A stretch of DNA of 64,000 nt from assembly GCA_023263695.1 (NCBI GenBank), contig JALQUZ010000003.1:1817-65816 (forward strand), read 5' to 3'. This DNA comes from Ilumatobacteraceae bacterium. GTDB lineage: Bacteria > Actinomycetota > Acidimicrobiia > Acidimicrobiales > Ilumatobacteraceae. A model generated the notes under the pieces. It was not told where the DNA came from, did not search any database, and saw nothing but the letters and a program-made list of their open reading frames with translations. The position numbers and the translations under genes are program-made. Within the stretch, counting starts at the first letter, position 1. Every line of letters begins with the position of its first letter. Of the stretch, positions 1 to 9,775 are shown piece by piece.

Positions 1-1
1 C

Positions 2-340
2 GACCCACTTGCTTATGTTGCTCGATATGCCGAGACTGATAAAGCGGCAACTGGGCTTGGTGAAGGCGTAGAGGTATGGCCAACTCCGTATTGGACAGTT
101 GATGGATCATTTGCCGTCATGTCGTTGTTGTTAGCAGCGCATGATGCCGAACTGGGTGCTTTGTTCTTTGCAGTGTTTACGGGCGAGCAACATTTGCGTA
201 CTCGTTTGGGGGTTCCTGAGCACATGCAGTTACTCGGTGCAATTGCCATAGGTCATGCTGTACACGATGGAGAAAAGGGTAGAAGTTCTGCTCGTCCGCG
301 AAAGTCGCTAGACGAAGTGGTTCATCAATCTCGTTGGTAA
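2..340 (+). CDS. nitroreductase-family protein, C-terminal fragment (5' end outside window)
   Basis: Frame open from window edge to TAA 338-340. WPTPYWTVDGSFAVMSLLLAAHDAELGALFF...IAIGH resembles the C-terminal half of FMN nitroreductase-fold proteins. Confidence 0.6.
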   Translation, partial: DPLAYVARYAETDKAATGLGEGVEVWPTPYWTVDGSFAVMSLLLAAHDAELGALFFAVFTGEQHLRTRLGVPEHMQLLGAIAIGHAVHDGEKGRSSARPRKSLDEVVHQSRW

Positions 341-344
341 ATCG

Positions 345-2339
345 TTAGGCAAGTGCAATGCGTAGTGTTTCCACCAACTCATCTGGTGACGTTGCTGGCT
401 TTAAGCACGAATACTCTTTGCATACATAGGCAGAGTTCTGATTTCGGTCGGTCCACAAAGGCGAGTCATACGGTTCGCCCCATGCGAGCACAATGGTTGG
501 CAGCCAGCGTTTGCGAAGTTCGCGCAACATGTCGGTTTGATTACCAGGTAGTGCAACTTCGGTAATTCCTGCGTGGCAAAGATGCACCGAGGCGAGCAGG
601 TTGCCGAATGCAGAGGGTGCGCTCGTTGCAATGCGTGCAAGAAGGCGCAAGATTTGTTCGGCATGGTGGGTGTAGCGGCTATTGCCAGTTAAAGCGCCAA
701 GTCGGTACAACGCAAGTGCGGCAGTTGAATTGGCTGACGGCGTTGCATTATCCATCACATCTTTTTGGCGAACAATAAGTGGTTCGCCGTTGTCGGGGGT
801 AGTAAACAGTCCACCATTTCCAGCATCCCAACACTGGGTGAGCATTTCATCGGCTACTTCTTTCGCGTAAGTAATCCAACGTGCTTCACCACTTGCTTCA
901 CCGAGTCGTGTGAACGCATCTACAAGTTGGGCAAGATCTGCAGCGAGTGCTCGGTGGCGTGCCTGTGGTGAACCAGACTCTTGCCAGCTGCGATGCCAAT
1001 TTCCTTTCGTGGTGCGAAGCTCGCGCACAAGAAATTCGCCATTACGAATTGCAGCTTGCAGCCACTCGTGCGATTCAAAAAAGAATGCAGCCTCGGAAAG
1101 GGTGGACAACATCATGGCGTTCCACTCGGTGAGTACCTTGTCGTCGAGAAGTGGACGCTTGCGAGTTTCCCTATGTTGATACAAAAGTTTCCGTGCCTCT
1201 TCAACTTCTGGTGGCCGAATGAGTTCGCCACGGTGGTGGAGTCGAGATGGAATGTTTTTGCCTTCAAAGTTTCCAGAAGCTGTAATTTCGTACCACTCAA
1301 GTGCTGCTTCGTGCAGGCGATCTGGCAGCACGCCGATGAATTCGTCGCGACTCCATACATAGAAGTGGCCCTCGTGGCTGTGGCCACTTTCGTCGAGCGA
1401 GTCGGCATCTTCAGCACTAAAGAAACCACCTTCACGATGGGTGAGATCGCGCAATACATAGTCAATGGTTTCACGCGCAACTTGTTTCCACGTTTCATTG
1501 CCGAACAACATTCCCGCATGCAGGTAGACGCGCGCGAGCAGGGCTTGGTCGTAGAGCATTTTTTCGAAGTGGGGGACGAGCCACATTTCATCCACGCTGT
1601 ATCGCGAGAAGCCTCCACCTAAGTGGTCGTACATGCCACCACTTGCCATGGCATTAAGCGTTGTGGTGACGACATTTTCAAGTTCACTGTCTTCACCTGC
1701 GAGTAGTTGGCGCAGCAGCACTTCTAGGTTCATCGTGCTTGGAAACTTTGGCGCATTTCCAAATCCACCCCATGTTGAATCAAAGCTTGCGCGTAATTGG
1801 GTAACCGCAAGTTCAAACGTAGAGAAGTCGGCGATGCTGGAGTGCTGTTCAATCTTTGCTGTACGTTCAAGCGCTTCCATTAAGGCATCGATGTTGTTAT
1901 TAATGTCCTCGCGGCGGTTGTTCCATGCCTCAGTAATTGCGTTCATGAGTTGCAGGAATGACGGCTTCGGGAAATAGGTGCCACCAAAGAATGGCTTGCC
2001 ATCAGGGGAGAGGAAGACGGTCATTGGCCATCCGCCTCGTCCCGTCATTGCCTGAACTGCATCCATGTAAATGGCATCAACGTCCGGGCGCTCTTCACGG
2101 TCGACCTTGATATTGACGAACATCGTGTTCATTACCGTTGCCGTCTCGAGATCTTCAAAACATTCGTGGGCCATGACATGACACCAATGGCAAGCTGAAT
2201 ATCCCACCGACAACAGGATCGGGACATTGCGTTCACGAGCTTGTTGAAATGCTTCTTCCCCCCATGCATACCAATCCACAGGATTATCAGCATGTTGGCG
2301 AAGGTATGGACTGGTTTGATCGGCTAACCGATTGGTCAT
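345..2339 (-). CDS. thioredoxin-domain protein, YyaL/DUF255 family
   Basis: N-terminal NPVDWYAWGEEAF...SVGYSACHWCHVM thioredoxin-like motif followed by a long alpha/alpha-toroid-like region. ATG at 2339 preferred; the ORF-track start at 2360 is a TTG. Confidence 0.85.
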   Translation of the reverse strand: MTNRLADQTSPYLRQHADNPVDWYAWGEEAFQQARERNVPILLSVGYSACHWCHVMAHECFEDLETATVMNTMFVNIKVDREERPDVDAIYMDAVQAMTGRGGWPMTVFLSPDGKPFFGGTYFPKPSFLQLMNAITEAWNNRREDINNNIDALMEALERTAKIEQHSSIADFSTFELAVTQLRASFDSTWGGFGNAPKFPSTMNLEVLLRQLLAGEDSELENVVTTTLNAMASGGMYDHLGGGFSRYSVDEMWLVPHFEKMLYDQALLARVYLHAGMLFGNETWKQVARETIDYVLRDLTHREGGFFSAEDADSLDESGHSHEGHFYVWSRDEFIGVLPDRLHEAALEWYEITASGNFEGKNIPSRLHHRGELIRPPEVEEARKLLYQHRETRKRPLLDDKVLTEWNAMMLSTLSEAAFFFESHEWLQAAIRNGEFLVRELRTTKGNWHRSWQESGSPQARHRALAADLAQLVDAFTRLGEASGEARWITYAKEVADEMLTQCWDAGNGGLFTTPDNGEPLIVRQKDVMDNATPSANSTAALALYRLGALTGNSRYTHHAEQILRLLARIATSAPSAFGNLLASVHLCHAGITEVALPGNQTDMLRELRKRWLPTIVLAWGEPYDSPLWTDRNQNSAYVCKEYSCLKPATSPDELVETLRIALA

Positions 2340-2360
2340 GTGCTCGCCTTTGTTTTGCAA

Positions 2361-3836
2361 TTATGAAACAGTGATGTCGCCAGCAATAGTGAGTTTTGGA
2401 AATGGTGTGCGCGCAGCGACGGTCATTCGCACTCGGCACATTGATGGCACCGCCGGTGCAATCAATGTCGTGCCCCTGATGCGGCACGCTCCAGCAACAA
2501 TCTTGTAGGTTCTGCTTCCAGATGAAGAAGAGCTGAAAAGGTTTTTCATGTCATTGGAGCTTGAAGACTTGACAGCATTGGCAACTTGCCAAATAGGAAA
2601 GAACGGTCCGACGGAATCGGAGACCACAAATTGTTTGGTTCCAGCACGTGTGTAGGTAATGCCAATACGGATGGTGTGCCGTGCATCGGCTTGTGTTGTG
2701 AGGTACGAACGCTTTGTTGCTCTTGCTACTGCTGTGCAATCAGCCGGAATTTCGGAAACTGCAATACCAATTGCATCGCAGCGGAACCACTGCACGTTGG
2801 AAACGTCAGAGATCAAATCCAGATTGGCGATGAGGGTTTCTCCCACGTGTCCAATTGCTGCAATTTGTGGAGCAACCAGAGGAGGAAACATGCGCTGTAG
2901 TTCTGTTAGCGCTGCAACCATGTTGATGAGCCCAACTCCAAAGGTGTTGTCACGCCCAGGTTCTCCAATGTCTGTGGCCGTACGCATCAAGATGTCGCGA
3001 ACTTGAGCGTTGGAAATTCGTGGTTCAGCAGCAAACAACAATGCCGCCGCACCGGCAACAAAACCAGCAGCCATGCTGGTGCCACTGAGTGAGACATAGT
3101 TGCCTTTTGCAGTGGAGACAATGTTTGTTCCCGGCGCTGCTATGTCGATGTAGTCGCCGCGTTGATCAAATGGTGTTGCGCTATTCGTTTGATCGACTGC
3201 GGTCACCGCAAGCGTGAGGTCGAGGGATGCTGGCCATTTCGGCTTATCGAGCGCACCACCGTTGCCGGCTGCGGCTACGACGAGGGCACCTTTGTCGGTG
3301 GCGTATTGAATTGCTTGCGTCAGGCTTGAGCTTTCAGTAGTGCCGCCGAGAGACAAATTGATGACCTTTGCACCATTGTCTGCTGCGTAACGAACACCAG
3401 CGGCAACATCTCGTGCGTCGCCTTGTCCTGCTTGGTCGAGTACTTGGATTGGCAATATTTTTGCGCGAGGCGCAACGCCGGAACCACCGATTCCATTGTT
3501 CGCAGCAGCGGCAATAATGCCAGCAACATGCGATCCATGCCCACCGGCATCAATGTCGGTTCCATCTTGAGACTCAACCGATCCGAAGAATGAATGACCC
3601 GTTAAAAGATTTTCGGCTAGGTCAGGGTGTGGTCCGCTGCCGCTATCAACTACGGCGACTATTACGTCTTGACCCGTTGTTGTTGCCCACGCACGGTCTG
3701 CGCCAATGACAAAAATTCCCCATTGTTGTGCAAGCAACGGATCGTTTGATGCTGCGTGAACGGGTGAAGTCAGGGTCAAGCATGAGGTAACCAATGCAGC
3801 GAAACAGATCGCAAGAGAAGTAAGGGGTTTACGCAA
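2361..3836 (-). CDS. secreted S8 (subtilisin-like) serine peptidase with uncharacterised C-terminal domain
   Basis: Catalytic triad motifs VAVVDSG, GHGSHVAG and SGTSMAAG. A TTG at 3836 gives a clean Sec signal peptide (RKPLTSLAICFAALVTSCLTLTSPVHA/AS). The upstream ATGs at 3905 and 3935 would overlap fabI by 58-88 nt. Confidence 0.85.
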   Translation of the reverse strand: MRKPLTSLAICFAALVTSCLTLTSPVHAASNDPLLAQQWGIFVIGADRAWATTTGQDVIVAVVDSGSGPHPDLAENLLTGHSFFGSVESQDGTDIDAGGHGSHVAGIIAAAANNGIGGSGVAPRAKILPIQVLDQAGQGDARDVAAGVRYAADNGAKVINLSLGGTTESSSLTQAIQYATDKGALVVAAAGNGGALDKPKWPASLDLTLAVTAVDQTNSATPFDQRGDYIDIAAPGTNIVSTAKGNYVSLSGTSMAAGFVAGAAALLFAAEPRISNAQVRDILMRTATDIGEPGRDNTFGVGLINMVAALTELQRMFPPLVAPQIAAIGHVGETLIANLDLISDVSNVQWFRCDAIGIAVSEIPADCTAVARATKRSYLTTQADARHTIRIGITYTRAGTKQFVVSDSVGPFFPIWQVANAVKSSSSNDMKNLFSSSSSGSRTYKIVAGACRIRGTTLIAPAVPSMCRVRMTVAARTPFPKLTIAGDITVS

Positions 3837-3847
3837 GCAATATTGGT

Positions 3848-4615
3848 CTACACGCCCATTGCGTGGAAGCCACCGTCTACATGAATAATTTCTGCAGTGG
3901 TGCATGGAAACCAATCGGAAAGCATGGCCACACATGTGCGAGCTACACCGCTCGAGTCATTGACATCCCACCCAAGAGGAGCGCGGTCATCCCACACGTC
4001 TTCGAATTTTTGAAAACCAGGAATTGATTTTGCTGCCATGGTGCGAATTGGGCCAGCGGCAACAAGGTTGCAGCGAATTTGTTTGCTCCCAAGTTCTTTT
4101 GCGAGGTAGCGGTTTGTCGATTCGAGTGCAGCTTTGGCAACGCCCATCCAGTTGTACGCAGGCCACGCAACGGTGTTGTCGAAATCGAGGCCAACAATGT
4201 TTCCGCCACTTGTCATGAGGGGTACAAATGCATCGGCCAGGGTTTTCAGTGAGTATGCAGAAATTTGCATCGCGACAGATACGTCCGACCACTGGGCAGC
4301 CATGAAGTCGTCGCCGAGGCACACGGCCGGCGCAAAACCGATTGCATGGAGGACGCCATCTACGCGTCCAAATTGTGATTGTGCGGCTGCGCGGGCCGAA
4401 ACGATGTGATCTTCAACAGTGACATCGAATTCCACCACTTTGATGTCGGTACTGAGTTTGCGAGCGGTTCGCTCCGTAATGGATAGGCCGCGACCTGCTC
4501 CGGTGAGCATGACTTGTGCGCCTTGCTCTAGTGCAAGTTTTGCAACCCCGTAGGCGAGTGAGGCGTCGGTCAGCACGCCGGTGACGACAATGTTTTTCCC
4601 ATCCAAAATTCCCAT
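3848..4615 (-). CDS. fabI: enoyl-ACP reductase (NADH), FabI/InhA type
   Basis: SDR fold with GKNIVVTGVLTDASLAYGVAKLA N-terminus and InhA-like length (255 aa). Confidence 0.9.
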   Translation of the reverse strand: MGILDGKNIVVTGVLTDASLAYGVAKLALEQGAQVMLTGAGRGLSITERTARKLSTDIKVVEFDVTVEDHIVSARAAAQSQFGRVDGVLHAIGFAPAVCLGDDFMAAQWSDVSVAMQISAYSLKTLADAFVPLMTSGGNIVGLDFDNTVAWPAYNWMGVAKAALESTNRYLAKELGSKQIRCNLVAAGPIRTMAAKSIPGFQKFEDVWDDRAPLGWDVNDSSGVARTCVAMLSDWFPCTTAEIIHVDGGFHAMGV

Positions 4616-4661
4616 GCCTATGACCGTAGTTCCCGAGTGTGGTTTGTGTAAGGCTTCACCT

Positions 4662-5354
4662 ATGCGGATTGGAATTATTGGCGGTACAGGGCCAGCAGGA
4701 AGCGGGTTAGCCCTGCGAATGAGTGTCGCTGGTCATCAGGTGCTGATCGGGTCACGTTCAAAGGAACGCTCGGAAGAAACGGTTGCCGAACTGATTGCGC
4801 AATGGCCTGACCACGCATTGAAGTTTGACTCTGGCACGAACGCAGACGCCGCCAATTGCGATTTGATTGTTGTGGCAACACCTTGGGACTCAACTGCAAC
4901 CATTGTTGGCGAGCACGCTGAAGCGTTGCGCGGCAAAATTGTGGTCACCATGGCGAACGCGCTGGTGCGAGTGGGCAAAGAGTTTCAACCTTTGGTTCCA
5001 CCGCGAGGAAGCATTGCGGCTCACGTGCAAGCTGAAATTCCTAACAGTCGTGTTGTCGCTGCGATGCAGCACCTACCAGCCAAGGAGCTTGGCAACTTGA
5101 ATCATCATGTTGATTCTGATGTGTTGATTTGTTCGGACTATCCAGAAGCGATTGAAGTAGTGAGCGATCTGGTTGCACAAATTCCAGGTTGCCGGCCACT
5201 GAGCACCGGACGCTTGTCGAATGCATTGGCACTCGAAGCGTTCACCGCGGTGCTTTTGCAGTTGAATGTGCGCTATAAAACACGAGTGGCTCCGCGACTC
5301 ACGGGAATTCCCGATGTTGACCCAGTTAGTGGTCGCAATATGAAGCTGGACTGA
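4662..5354 (+). CDS. npdG: NADPH-dependent F420 reductase (NpdG-like)
   Basis: MRIGIIGGTGPAGSGLALR Rossmann N-terminus and about 230 aa. ATG 4662 preceded by AAGG. The ORF-track start 4581 would overlap divergent fabI. Confidence 0.8.
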   Translation: MRIGIIGGTGPAGSGLALRMSVAGHQVLIGSRSKERSEETVAELIAQWPDHALKFDSGTNADAANCDLIVVATPWDSTATIVGEHAEALRGKIVVTMANALVRVGKEFQPLVPPRGSIAAHVQAEIPNSRVVAAMQHLPAKELGNLNHHVDSDVLICSDYPEAIEVVSDLVAQIPGCRPLSTGRLSNALALEAFTAVLLQLNVRYKTRVAPRLTGIPDVDPVSGRNMKLD

Positions 5355-5365
5355 TTGCCTTGACG

Positions 5366-6496
5366 ATGAAATTGTTTGATACCGCTCAGCAAGAAATTGT
5401 TGAGTTTGCGCCGAACCCAACGGTGTTGATGTATACGTGCGGAATTACTCCATACGACGCAACGCACTTAGGCCATGCATTTACCTTTATTTCATACGAC
5501 GTGCTGCAGCGCCGACTTATTGATATGGGTCACCAGGTGAAGTGCGTTCGCAACGTAACCGACGTAGATGACCCATTGTTTGCCAAAGCTCGCGAACTTG
5601 GAGTGCATTATCTCGATCTTGCAGCGGGAGAGGAAGCGCGTTTTGAATCGGACATGAAAGCGTTGAATGCATTACCGGTGCACAGCACACCGCGCGCATC
5701 TTCGGCAATTCCCGACATTCGCGGATTTATTGGCATGGTGATTGACCGTGGTTTCGCCTATGAATCTGGTGGTTCGGTGTATTTCGACGTGGAGAAATTT
5801 CCGCAGTTTGGCAGTGTGTCGCATTACAGCCGCGAAACCATGATTGCGCTTGCTCGTGAGCGCGGCGGCAACGTTGACGACCCCTATAAACGGAATCCAC
5901 TCGACTTTGTCTTGTGGCATCCATCGGCATCCGATGAACCATCGTGGGACACCATGTGGGGAGCAGGGCGACCTGGTTGGCATATTGAATGTTCCGCACT
6001 TGCACTTCGCGAACTTGGAACCACTATTGACTTGCACGGTGGTGGAAGCGATCTCATCTTCCCGCATCACGAATGCGAGCGAGCACAATCGGAAGCAGCA
6101 ACTGGCCAACCGTTTGTGAAGCATTGGATGCACGTGGCAATGGTGTCGATGGACGGCCACAAGATGTCGAAGAGCCGTGGCAATTTGGTGTTCGTCGACA
6201 AGTTGCGTACCCAACATGACCCGATGGCGATTAGGTTGGGCTTAATCGAACATCACTACCGCACTGAGTGGGAATGGGATGACCAACTCATGACGCGCAA
6301 CGAATCGCGACTTACGCAATGGAAGTCAGCAACACAAATTGGAAACTCGCAAGGCGATTCTGGGCTGCTAGCAGATGTGCGTTCTGCACTAGACAACGAT
6401 CTCGATACCCCAACTGCAGTCTCGCTTATTGATGCCGCTGCAAAAAATGGAGTAGCAGTAGGAGAAAGTGCGCGCCTACTAGGGGTTGTTATCTGA
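5366..6496 (+). CDS. mshC: cysteine:1D-myo-inosityl 2-amino-2-deoxy-alpha-D-glucopyranoside ligase (MshC, mycothiol synthesis)
   Basis: Class I aaRS catalytic core (ITPYDATHLGHA, KMSKSRGN). At about 376 aa it lacks the CysRS anticodon-binding domain. ATG at 5366; 5360 is a TTG. Confidence 0.8.
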   Translation: MKLFDTAQQEIVEFAPNPTVLMYTCGITPYDATHLGHAFTFISYDVLQRRLIDMGHQVKCVRNVTDVDDPLFAKARELGVHYLDLAAGEEARFESDMKALNALPVHSTPRASSAIPDIRGFIGMVIDRGFAYESGGSVYFDVEKFPQFGSVSHYSRETMIALARERGGNVDDPYKRNPLDFVLWHPSASDEPSWDTMWGAGRPGWHIECSALALRELGTTIDLHGGGSDLIFPHHECERAQSEAATGQPFVKHWMHVAMVSMDGHKMSKSRGNLVFVDKLRTQHDPMAIRLGLIEHHYRTEWEWDDQLMTRNESRLTQWKSATQIGNSQGDSGLLADVRSALDNDLDTPTAVSLIDAAAKNGVAVGESARLLGVVI

Positions 6497-7239
6497 TGTC
6501 GACGCGGGTCGACGACTTGTACTCGGGAGCAACCGAGCTGCAGTCGCGAGTTCGGCCCGTAGTACGAGTTGTTGCTAATCGGTTGTGGCGTTTCGACCTT
6601 CGTGGGTTTGAGCAACTTCCCGAAACAGGCCCTGCAATTTTGTGTGCCAATCACGTCAGTTTTTTGGATTCTGCTTTTCTCATTATTCAAGCGCCGCGCA
6701 ATATTTCATTTGTTGGCAAAAGCGAATATTTAGATTCGTGGAAGACGCGTCGATTGTTTCCTGCTCTCGGAATGATTCCAATCGATCGTGAGGGCGGGGA
6801 AAAAGCACAAGTAGCACTCGACGCTGCTGAAAATGTTTTGCGGCGCGGAGAGCTGTTCGGCATTTTCCCAGAAGGAACGCGAAGCCGAGATGGAATGTTG
6901 TACAAGGGGAAAACTGGCGCAGCACGTTTAGCCCTCAAGATTGACTGCCCAATCTTTCCCGTAGGTATTGTCGGCACGCGAGAGATTCAGCCTCCAGATG
7001 CAAAGCTGCCTCGCATTGGTGGTCGCGTCAGCATCACGATCGGCAAGCCAATTTCGCCTGCGCGTTATGCGCAGCGCAGCGACGATCACTTGGTGTTGCG
7101 AGAAATGACTGATGAAGTGATGTTTGAAATTCAGTCCATGACTGGCCAGCAATATCGAAATGTCTATGCCGGCAAACGGCAAGACGAGCAGTCATCAATG
7201 GGCGAAGTGCAGAAAGAGTCAGTCGCCACGGCTAAATAG
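6496..7239 (+). CDS. plsC: 1-acyl-sn-glycerol-3-phosphate acyltransferase family
   Basis: HxxxxD motif (NHVSFLD) and FPEGTRS motif. TGATG overlap with mshC. Confidence 0.85.
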   Translation: MSTRVDDLYSGATELQSRVRPVVRVVANRLWRFDLRGFEQLPETGPAILCANHVSFLDSAFLIIQAPRNISFVGKSEYLDSWKTRRLFPALGMIPIDREGGEKAQVALDAAENVLRRGELFGIFPEGTRSRDGMLYKGKTGAARLALKIDCPIFPVGIVGTREIQPPDAKLPRIGGRVSITIGKPISPARYAQRSDDHLVLREMTDEVMFEIQSMTGQQYRNVYAGKRQDEQSSMGEVQKESVATAK

Positions 7240-7280
7240 AGCAGTCCGCCTCAGGCTTGCGAACCTAGACTGATGGTGCG

Positions 7281-9266
7281 ATGAATGCAGCAACTCTTGA
7301 TGTCACCTTGCCCGATGGTTCCGTACGAACACTGCCAGTTGGCTCTACAGGCCTCGATTTAGCTCAGTCCATTGGGTCACGTTTGGCCAAGGCAGCACTA
7401 GCTGCTGTTGTCGACGGTAATGAGGTTGATATTTCGGTGCCATTGCGCAATGGGGCACAGGTTTCGATCATCACTTCAGATTCCGATGCTGGCAGGCACG
7501 TTCTTCGTCATTCGACTGCTCACGTACTTGCTCAAGCCGTGCTGCAGCATTTTCCTGGCGCAAAGTTCACTATTGGTCCAGCTATTGAAGACGGCTTTTA
7601 TTACGACTTCGAACTTCCCGGCGGAAAAACATTTAGTGATAATGACTTGGAAGCAATTACCGAGCGCATGCGCGCAATAGTAAAAGCAGACCAACCATTT
7701 GTTCGTTCTGAAATGAGCGCTGCAGAAGCGCTTGCTTTGTTTGTTGATCAACCATACAAACGTGAAATTATTGAGCGCGTAACTACTGGCGCAGCAGATG
7801 GCTCGGATGCGAGTGAAGTTGCTGGCGATGGTTCCGTAAGCGTCTACCGCAATTCCGAGAGTTTTGTTGATTTGTGCCGCGGACCTCACGTTCCAAGCAC
7901 TGCTCGACTTGGCCACTTCGCCTTGATGAAAGTTGCCGGGGCGTATTGGCGCGGAAATGAAAAAGGTCCAATGCTGCAACGCATCTACGGCACGGCATGG
8001 GAGTCGAAGGCAGCACTTGAAGAGCACATCACACGACTCGCCGAGGCAGAAAAGCGTGATCATCGTCGCTTAGCAACCGAGATGGACTTGCTGTCCTTTC
8101 CATCTGAACTAGGCGGCGGTCTTGCAGTTTGGCATCCAAAGGGTGCAATCGTGCGCAAGATCATGGAGGACTACAGCCGTTACCGCCACCAAAACGGCGG
8201 TTATCAATTTGTGTTTACTCCGCATATCGCAAACGCACAGTTGTTTGAAACCTCTGGTCACCTGCATTTCTACAAAGACGGCATGTATCCGCCAATGGAA
8301 ATGGACAACGGCACGTATTACCCGAAGCCGATGAACTGTCCGATGCACTGTCTGATCTACCGCGATCGCCAACGTAGCTATCGCGAACTTCCGCTTCGCT
8401 TATTCGAACTGGGAACGGTGTACCGCTACGAACGTGCAGGCACCTTGCATGGTTTGTTGCGCATTCGCGGATTCACTCAAGACGACAGTCATATTTTCTG
8501 CACTGAAGATCAAATGGCCGATGAAATTACCTCGCTTCTCGACTTTGTGTTGTCAGTACTTCGTCAGTTTGGCTTCGATGACTTTGAATTCAAATTGTCA
8601 ACTCGCGACTTGGAAAAGTCGGTCGGATCAGACGAAATTTGGGATAAGGCAACAACAGCGCTGCGTGAAGCGTTGAATCGCCACGGAGTGAAGTACTCCG
8701 TGAAGGAAGGCGACGCTGCGTTCTATGGACCAAAGATCGACATCGATGTTCGTGATGCGATTGGTCGTAAATGGCAGCTCAGCACCATTCAATGTGACTT
8801 CAACTTGCCGGAACGTTTCGGCTTGGAATACATCGGAGCCGACAACAGTCGCCACCGCCCAATTATGTTGCATCGCGCATTGTTCGGATCAGTTGAGCGA
8901 TTCTTTGGTGTGCTGCTAGAGCACTACGGCGGAGCATTCCCAGCATGGCTAGCCCCTGTGCAAGTACGCGTGTTAGCAGTTACATCGCAGCACGAGGAAT
9001 ACGCGCAATCACTTGTTAAGCGAATGCGAGCTGAAGGATTCCGAGTAGACACCGCTGAAGCTGATGAACAGCTGGGCAAGCGAATTCGTAGCGCCAAGCT
9101 TGAACGCATTCCGTTTGTACTTGTTGTCGGCGACGATGACGTGAAGAACAACACCGTTGGGGTGAACCCGCGCGGCGGTGACGTGATTCGCGGTGTGAAT
9201 GTGGATGCATTTATTGCGCAGCTACATGACGAGACTCGCACAGAAGCCACAGCTGGAAACCTGTAA
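7281..9266 (+). CDS. thrS: threonine--tRNA ligase
   Basis: 661 aa with TGS N-terminus, editing domain (HSTAHVLAQA) and class II core (FTQDDSHIFC). Confidence 0.97.
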   Translation: MNAATLDVTLPDGSVRTLPVGSTGLDLAQSIGSRLAKAALAAVVDGNEVDISVPLRNGAQVSIITSDSDAGRHVLRHSTAHVLAQAVLQHFPGAKFTIGPAIEDGFYYDFELPGGKTFSDNDLEAITERMRAIVKADQPFVRSEMSAAEALALFVDQPYKREIIERVTTGAADGSDASEVAGDGSVSVYRNSESFVDLCRGPHVPSTARLGHFALMKVAGAYWRGNEKGPMLQRIYGTAWESKAALEEHITRLAEAEKRDHRRLATEMDLLSFPSELGGGLAVWHPKGAIVRKIMEDYSRYRHQNGGYQFVFTPHIANAQLFETSGHLHFYKDGMYPPMEMDNGTYYPKPMNCPMHCLIYRDRQRSYRELPLRLFELGTVYRYERAGTLHGLLRIRGFTQDDSHIFCTEDQMADEITSLLDFVLSVLRQFGFDDFEFKLSTRDLEKSVGSDEIWDKATTALREALNRHGVKYSVKEGDAAFYGPKIDIDVRDAIGRKWQLSTIQCDFNLPERFGLEYIGADNSRHRPIMLHRALFGSVERFFGVLLEHYGGAFPAWLAPVQVRVLAVTSQHEEYAQSLVKRMRAEGFRVDTAEADEQLGKRIRSAKLERIPFVLVVGDDDVKNNTVGVNPRGGDVIRGVNVDAFIAQLHDETRTEATAGNL

Positions 9267-9271
9267 TTAAC

Positions 9272-9775
9272 ATGTTGGATCGTTTGTGGAACGGATGGCG
9301 TGCACAGTATGTGCAGCGCGATTCGCACGGTAAGCATTCTGACGAATCGGTGTTCACCGAGATATTGAAATCGAATCGTCCTGACGAAGAGACATTCATT
9401 GTGCATCGTGGCGAAACATGCTTCGTCATCATGAATGCATTCCCGTACTCATCGGGGCACGTGCTGGTCATTCCTTATCGGGAAGTTCCCGATTTAGAAA
9501 TGCTCACCGCACAGGAGACAAGCGAAATCTGGGCGACAGTGACCAAGGCTGTGCAAGTTCTTAAAGCTGAGTACAAACCACAGGGAATGAACGTAGGAAT
9601 CAATTTGGGCCATGCCGCAGGTGGCAGCGTTGCGCAACACCTGCACATTCACATCGTTCCAAGGTGGGGTGGCGATTCCAATTTCATGGTTGCAGTAGCG
9701 ACGGCAAAAATTTTGCCGGAGGCGCTAGATGTAACTGCGCAGCGAATTCGAAATCGATGGAAGGAAATGCAATGA
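9272..9775 (+). CDS. HIT-family nucleotide hydrolase/phosphorylase (Rv2613c-like)
   Basis: Histidine triad HLHIHIVPRWGGD. Same position after thrS as in mycobacteria. Confidence 0.85.
   Translation: MLDRLWNGWRAQYVQRDSHGKHSDESVFTEILKSNRPDEETFIVHRGETCFVIMNAFPYSSGHVLVIPYREVPDLEMLTAQETSEIWATVTKAVQVLKAEYKPQGMNVGINLGHAAGGSVAQHLHIHIVPRWGGDSNFMVAVATAKILPEALDVTAQRIRNRWKEMQ

Noticed and set aside
4581-4661. N-terminal extensions offered by the ORF track (4581, 9664, 12650, 14741, 21766, 24420, 42196 and others).
   Set aside because: The extensions overlap the preceding gene, and some start at TTG or GTG. They add non-homologous residues ahead of well-conserved N-termini (for example [25 protein letters not shown]). 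Internal starts with 4-14 nt overlaps fit far better.
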